A stretch of DNA of 64,000 nt, from NCBI GenBank assembly GCA_951406725.2, contig OX597816.1, positions 100,440,001 through 100,504,000 of the forward strand, read 5' to 3'. The stretch comes from Octopus vulgaris (taxonomy: Eukaryota). The notes under the pieces are model-generated. The model ran no database searches, was not told the origin of the DNA, and saw only the letters and a list, made by a program, of their open reading frames with translations. This document shows positions 56,998-64,000 of the stretch, in pieces. Each line of letters begins with the position of its first letter. Position 1 is the stretch's first letter. A program made the translations under genes and the position numbers.

Positions 56998-57319
56998 AAG
57001 GTGTGTGGGTTAGTGGTTAGGGTATTCAGCTCATGGTTGTAGGGTTGCAAGTTCGATTCCCATGCAATGCATTGTGTCCTTGAGCAAGACACTTTATTTT
57101 ATGTTGCTCCAGTCCACTCAGCTGGCAAAAATGAGTAGTACCTGTGTTTCCAGGGACCAACCTTGTCTCACATTGTGTTATGCTGAATCTCCCTGAAAAC
57201 TACGTTAAGGGTACACATGTCTGTGGAGTGCTCAGCCACTTGCACGTTAATCTCACAAGCAAGTTGTTCTATTAATTGTATCAGCTGGAACCCTCATCAT
57301 CATAAGCGATGGAGTGCCA
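56998..57319 (+). mobile_element. Family B tRNA-derived SINE (CORE-like), full length
   Basis: A-box-like TAGTGGTTAG, B-box AGTTCGATTCC, TGTGTCCTTGAGCAAGACACTT. Flanking direct repeat TACATTCTGT (56982/57321). Confidence 0.9.
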
Positions 57320-58329
57320 GTACATTCTGTGTTCTAGTGGAGCTCAGATAGACATTACTTATCTCCCCTCATTTAGGGCTGATAGAGTTAAAAATATCTA
57401 GAAATAATTTAGGTACAGCAGTTAATATGACATCACTGTCAGCCTTTTCCCCATCATTGACATTTTCATTGATTTCATGTCTGTCTTCCTTGAATTAACT
57501 GCTTCAGAGCAATATTAGCATGATTTTAATATATTTGAATAAGTTGTCACAAAATCTGATGCCATTTCATACTAAATGAAAAGAAATAACATATTTCCTG
57601 TTTTAATCCACAATTTATTTGGAAAGAAAGAACTATAAGGTTTTATAGTATAAATTTTCTTTTTTGTGATTTTGGTTGGTTTCTTTAATCTTCAACTTCA
57701 TTGTGCTCTCTATGCCTGTCACTGTTCATTGGCACTAAGATTTAAAATAATGTCAAAAGTTTCTGCAGGCTTAATGTGGAATATATGTAATCAGCTATCA
57801 CTTTCGCTTGTAAATAGACCTATTCAACTGTCTTTTTACATTTATTTCCATGAAAGTTGTCTTTGCAGTGATATTTTGTACATTGCATAAATGGATCCTA
57901 CTTTTGAAAGCTTTGTCAGATTTTCAGAAACCAGAATAAAACTATTCTTGAAAAATTCGAAATCTCATAGATGATTATTTAGATTAGGTGATGAAGAAAT
58001 ATATTCTCATATTTCATAAGCTTGTTTCAGTCTTGAATTGGAATATAACTTCATTCATCTATTTAGTATTCATAATATAGTGAAATAAAAAAAATTCATT
58101 TTGGGAATATGTTAGGTGATAACAGATTAAAGACTATAAACTATCTAAAACATTCCTGTTACTGAAGTAAAGAAATTTTGGTTTGATTAAGAAGTGCTAT
58201 AAACCCAGTCCAAAATGATGTAAACATTATTGAAGATAATTATTATGATACGAAGAAACTTATAGTGGTCAGCATCTTTAAGCAATAATTTAGCACAAAA
58301 TTCAGGCAATGGATATTGATAAGATATGA

Positions 58330-58660
58330 GAATATGAACTTTCTGTTTTAAAGTAGGTTCTTTACTAGAGTAAAATTAGAGAAGAGTAGAAAGTGAGTCA
58401 ATAGATAATAAAGAAGCAAGAGATAAAAGGAGAATGATGGAAAGTTAAACAAGAGATAAGACTAAAGATGAGGAAATCAAGGCAGAAGATTGTTATGATA
58501 ACTAATTGAGTAGGAAAGGGTTGAAAGTTATTCAGAAGAAAGAGGAAAAATGACTAAATAAATAAAAGTTGGTATGAAGTCAAAGGGCCAGTGGCTACAT
58601 AAATGGAAAGAAAGACTCAGAAAAACGGTACACATGACATACATTATTAAATAAATGTTT
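58330..58660 (+). mobile_element. Possible old RLE-type (Hero/NeSL-like) non-LTR fragment
   Basis: Purine-rich tract with VGMKSKGQWLHKW-like translation. Weak. Confidence 0.25.
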
Positions 58661-59785
58661 CATTAAAAATATAGCCACTCAAGTTACAGCAAGATATAAC
58701 ATTATGACTACTTTTAGCCATATTAAGTTAATTAATGTGCTGATGGAATGATAATATAGAGAGTAAAATCACATACCAATCAAATTTTGACTTTGCTTCC
58801 AACACTAGCAATGTTTCCTTTTGTAAGGGTTCAAAAAGCTTTGATTGCATTGTTGTTGCAACTATCCAGTTACAGAATACATTCTCAAAATAATTAATTT
58901 CAAATTTCATTTTGGATTATATTATATTTATGCTGCTGCTGTTGTTGTTGTTCTTCTTCTTCTTCATGATTAAGTAGACTTATTATCGAAGGCTTTTCAT
59001 CTGTGACCATCTATCTTTTAGCATATAAAAAGCTACTTTACTCTATGCATTCTTTTTTTTTTTTTAATAGTAGAAATGTGTTCGAAGCAACAGTTATATA
59101 TATATATGATAATAAGTATATTTCTATAACACTTGTTTGGATATTTTACATTTTATATTTACTTTCTAATTAAAAGTGTTACATGTAGAAATGTAGGGTT
59201 GTCAAACATAATTGAGGGAAACCGAGGTCAGTTGCAACTCTAGATGTTTTAAAAATACATAGTATGCTCCATTTATGAATGGATGATAAAGATAATATAA
59301 TTTAATGTGAAGTGATACAATAAATGAAAAGAACAAGGATATTTGTATTACAGTATAGAATAAAAATTACAATTAAGTTTTAATGACAAATATCCATAAC
59401 AAATTTACTATGTGTGTGTAAGTGCATGTATATATCATCACCGTCATCATCAGCTTATATCCACTTTCCCATGCTTGCATGGGTTGGACAGAATTAGTTG
59501 AAGCAAGTTTTCTGCAACTGGATGCTCTCTTCTAAGCAAGGTAATGACCAGACATGTTTCTCATGGAAACAAACAATATTGTATGACAATGATGCTCTAA
59601 AAAGAGGATATTCAAATATGTATATGATGAGTTTCTTTCATTTTCTGACTATCAAATCTACTCACAAGGCTTTGGTAGTCTGGAACTATAGTACAAGATA
59701 CTTGTCTGGGGTTATACACAGTAGGACTGAATGTAAGACTACATAGTTGAGAAGCAAGTTTCATAACCATACTGCTATGCCTGCA

Positions 59786-59818
<33 letters not shown>

Positions 59819-61946
59819 TCACACCAACACCACACAGACACACACACACAACACACAAGGCAATTAGCTAAGTTGCTAGAGCATTGGACAGGATACATCA
59901 TGCTATCAGTTTGGTCCTCTGGATTTTTACAGCAATGTTTGCAATGACACTAGTACAAACTATATAAGCCTTGTCTTTCTCTTATGTCTTCCTCAAAAGA
60001 GTCTTGCAGCCAAGTGTAAATACTCAGATACTCAAATTGCTCATAACAATGAATAGAGGTCATTCATGCACATATATCACATACAGACACAAAGTACATG
60101 GCAGTATGGTTTGGGGTTCTGTCCCACAATGTGGCATCTTAAGTGTCTTCTACTATAGTCTTGGGCCAACCCGAAACTTGTGAGTGAATTTGGTGAATGG
60201 AAAATAAAAGAAACTTAATGTGTATGTGTATATCTGATTGTATATATGTTCATGTATGAATGTGTGCATTTGTGTGTGCATGCACACTTCTCATCTGGGT
60301 GTCTGCTGGCTGTGCTGTCAAACAGGTGTGGAATAAGCCTTACTTGAAAAAGGGTTAAATTTAGAAGAAAATCTGGGTGTAAAAACAATGCTTCACTGAT
60401 ATATACCTCTCGATTATGCTTTCATGGAAAAATGGACGTAAAAAAAAATGAAATTAACAATACATATGTACCTACATACACACACATATATACATGCATA
60501 CACACACACATATACATACAAACATTCTAATTCTCTGGTAAATTACGTTCATTGCAACTGTATTTTGGAGACTTTAACTTACATCTGGGTGGGTGGCACA
60601 TGCATCAAAAATTGCATGTATAACACTTTATCTTTGATTGACAGTATTAGGATGTATTCATCCATTTCTCTTGTCTAAGTTTGACAGAATTGGTGGATGC
60701 AGAAAATGGTTAAGAAACTGGGTGTCTACATGCACACACACTGCATAAAACACTGTTAATTACAGAAATCCAGAACGATATCTGGCAAAGATAATGAGAA
60801 GTTTTAACTATGTAGATAATGGGAAATGAATGACAGTACAACCAATACATGTGCTGAGAAATGAAACAGTCTAGTCATAGAAAGCTAGACAATTTTATAA
60901 AGAACAAATGATTACATTGCAATCATTTTTGTGTAAATTGAAATCATCAAGGAATCACTTGATGACATTCTGAGAAAAGTTAGTTAACCTAAAATATTGT
61001 TTTTTGAAGAATGCAGGATACATCTTGAGCTTAATTCCTTTCAAACTTTTAAGTGTATAACAGATATCTCAGAAACCTGTTCTAGAATAGAAAATGGAAG
61101 ATTATCAGAATTTTCTCTTTATTCTCTCTAAAAATAGAAAATAATGCTGATAAAAACATAAGCTTAACTAAAATTGGCAATTTTTCTCTTTGTGTTTGAA
61201 TGCTACTTAAGTGTTTCAGTATAATGTGTAAGAATAAGTCCTTTAGTAATTTCTTTAATACATTATTCATTGGCTTTAGATCTCCATTTTTAGTTTTTAG
61301 CATTTAATTCATGTCCTTTATTACATCTTGATATAAGAAAACATAAAATTCAAGAAAATTAAATTAGCTAATATTGATTTTTTTTTCTAACTAGCTTTTG
61401 GCTATATGCTCAGCAAATCCAGTGATTTGAAAATAGTGACAACATCCATTTAAAGAATGGCTTAACCCAGGACAGTATTGGGTTTGGTGGGAAAATAATT
61501 TTACCACACATTTACATAAAAATATACATTCACTTAAAAGCAATTATAACTTTTCAAATGTTATGGTCATGTCAGAAATATATGATACTTATAGATTTAA
61601 ATTCTGGATGATACAATGTTAGTTTGCTGGGATTGTGAAATAATTTAGGAAAACATTAAACTTAAACTGAAGCCAATTAAATGTATTTGTTGAGTCATCA
61701 AGAATAGTGGAAAAAGAGGAATCCAAACTGAGTAAATAAAAATGGTGTCAAACAAAAAGCTTTTCGGCAGAAACAGCAACACTGTAAATATCTGTTTATT
61801 TAGCTTTCTTTTAACATGACACAATTTATTTTTACTTAATATAATCAGCTGAGTCTGCCATATCTTATAGGTATTTATTTAATCAAATCTGAAAGAATGA
61901 TCAACAAGATAGTTATACTCTTGCAGAATTTGAACTTAGAAATGTT

Positions 61947-64000
61947 CATCAACATCATCATCATTGCTTAACACTTATTTTCCATGCTGGCATGGGTTGG
62001 ATAGTTTGACTGAGGTCTGGAGAGCCAGCAGCTGCACCAGGCTCCAATCTAATCTGGCAATGTTTCTACAGCTGGATGCACTTCCTAATGCCAACCATTC
62101 CAAGAGTGTAATGAGTGTTTTTTACGTGTCACCAGCATAGGGGCCAGTCAAGCAGTCCTGTCATTGATAACATTTGGATAGTGCTTTTTACATGTGACCA
62201 GCACGGGAGCCAGTCAGAGGGTACTGGCATCAGACATGTTTGGATGGTGCTTTTTACATGCTACCGGCATGGGAGCCAGTCAGGTGGCACTGGCATCTTC
62301 GGATGGTGCTTTTAATGTGCCACCAGCACGGGAGCCAGTCAGGGGACACCAGCATCAACCACATTCAGATGATGCATTTTACATGCCACCAGAACGGGAG
62401 CCCGTCAGGGAAACCTGGCCACAGCTGTGATTTTGGTTTTACTTGACTCAACAGGCCTTCTCAAGCATATCGTATCACCCGATACATCAGGGGTACTCTT
62501 AAATGGGCCTGACATGCAACTCTGGCATCAGCTATGGTTGCGATCTCACTTTAGTTGCTGGGTCTTTTCAATCACTGCATACCTCCAAAGGTCTCAGTCT
62601 CCTGTCATTGCCTCTGTGAGGCCTAATGATCGTAGGTCATGCTCCACCACCTCATCCCATGTCTTCCTGGGTCTACCTCTTCCACAGCTAGGGAGTGGCA
62701 CTTCTTCACGCAGCTGTCCTCATCCATACATAACACATGACTATACCAGTGCAACTGTCTCTCTTGCACACCACATTTGATGCTTCTTATGTCCAACTTT
62801 TCTCTCAGGGTGCTTGCACTCTGTCGTGTATGTACACTGACATTACACACCCAGCAGATCATATTAGCTTCATTTCTTTCAAACCTACGCATGTCCTCAG
62901 CAGTCATGGCTCATGTTTCACTGCTGTATAGCATAGCAGTTTGCACACATACATCATATAGTCTACATTTCTTCCTGAGCAAGGGGCCCTTAGTTGCTAG
63001 CAGAGGTGGAAGCTCCCTGAACTTTGCCCAGGCTGTTCTTATTCTAGCTGCTACACTCTCAGAGCACCCCCACTACTGACTTGGTTGCCTAGATAGTGGA
63101 AGCTACTAACTACTTCTAGTTTTTCCCCATGGCATGTGACGGAATCTGTTTTCAGTATTTATTGCCCCTGTGCATCTATCACACAAACAACTATCTTCCT
63201 GGTTACCCCTCTTTTGATATTGCTGCACCTTTTATGTGCCCCTATCTTACACTTGGTACATTGTATGAAGTTTCTACCCATGCTTTTTCTACAGATTGAG
63301 CAAGGCCATCTACCTGAAAAGGTTTGTGATTTGTCAGCCTTTCTACATACTAAGACTTTGGTTTTTGCTAGGTTAACCCTAAGGGCACTTCAATTCTAGA
63401 CGTTGCTTTCACACCATAAACTTTGTCTCTAGTTCTGGCAGTGACTTGGTTATTGGAGCAAGGTTATCAGCATAGAGGAGCTCCCAAGAGCAGCCTGTCT
63501 TGAATTCCTCTGTTATTACCTGGAAGACTATGATGAATAAGATGGAGCTGATGACTGATCCTTGGTGAACCCCTACTTCTACCCAGAATTCTTCATTATA
63601 CTCATTGCCAACACTCACCTTATTGACAGCATCTCTGTAAAGGGTTTGTATAGCTCTCACCAGCCTCTCGTCTATCTCCAGTTTCCACATTGACCACCAG
63701 ATAAGGGATTGGGGGACCCTGTCAAAGGCTTTCTCCAAGTCAACTAAAGCCACATAGAGAGGTTTATCTTTGGCTAGATATTTCTCTTACAGTTGCCTTA
63801 TCAGAAATATAGCATCAGTGGTGCTTCTGCCTGGCACAAAACCAAACTGCATCTCATCCTGGATAACTCTCTCCCTAATTAGTTGGGCTATGACCCTCTC
63901 TGTAATTTTCATCACCTGATCCAATAATTTGATACCCATATAGTTATTTCTATCTAAAGCATCACCTTTAAATTTGTAGCAGTTGACTATGGTGCTACTA
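61947..64000 (-). mobile_element. RTE-clade LINE: RT, C-terminus, 3' UTR with tandem units and (GAT)n tail; pseudogenised
   Basis: NYMGIKLLDQVMKITERV, EMQFGFVPGRSTTDAIFLIRQL, ALVDLEKAFDRVP, VGVHQGSVIS, LLYADNL, MRRFERNEANMICWVCNV. Contains stops and frameshifts; continues beyond the window. Confidence 0.95.

Noticed and set aside
56998-57070. tRNA gene
   Set aside because: A- and B-box-like motifs continue directly into a SINE body with flanking direct repeats; no full cloverleaf.

Overview
This is eukaryotic, very AT-rich, CpG-depleted DNA, dense in repeats, with no recognisable intact host gene and no prokaryotic features. The SINE families, RTE LINE tails and (TA)n/(CA)n load resemble an octopus (coleoid cephalopod) genome; that assignment is inference from remembered repeat consensus sequences. 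The window reads like a large intron or intergenic tract made of decayed mobile elements. These include Penelope-like retroelements (one Poseidon/Penelope-type and three Naiad-type fragments, two carrying hammerhead-ribozyme motifs), RTE LINE fragments and many copies of their 3' tail, an R4/Dong-clade cluster, two mariner relics, non-autonomous Helitrons, several tRNA-derived SINE families and fold-back elements. Most ORFs in the supplied track are microsatellite artefacts or TE fragments. The most interesting structures are: (1) a fold-back element at 44.7-45.4 kb whose centre holds a ~270-bp copy of a locus 8 kb away, joined through a 9-bp microhomology; (2) hammerhead motifs with unusually long stem II in Naiad-type elements; (3) a 550-bp palindrome built from the 3' end of a transposase gene; (4) an inverted-repeat element whose arms are hammerhead half-motifs; (5) tandem double-hairpin units in the RTE 3' UTR. 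I found no evidence for a novel multi-gene system. All alignments and folds were done by eye.
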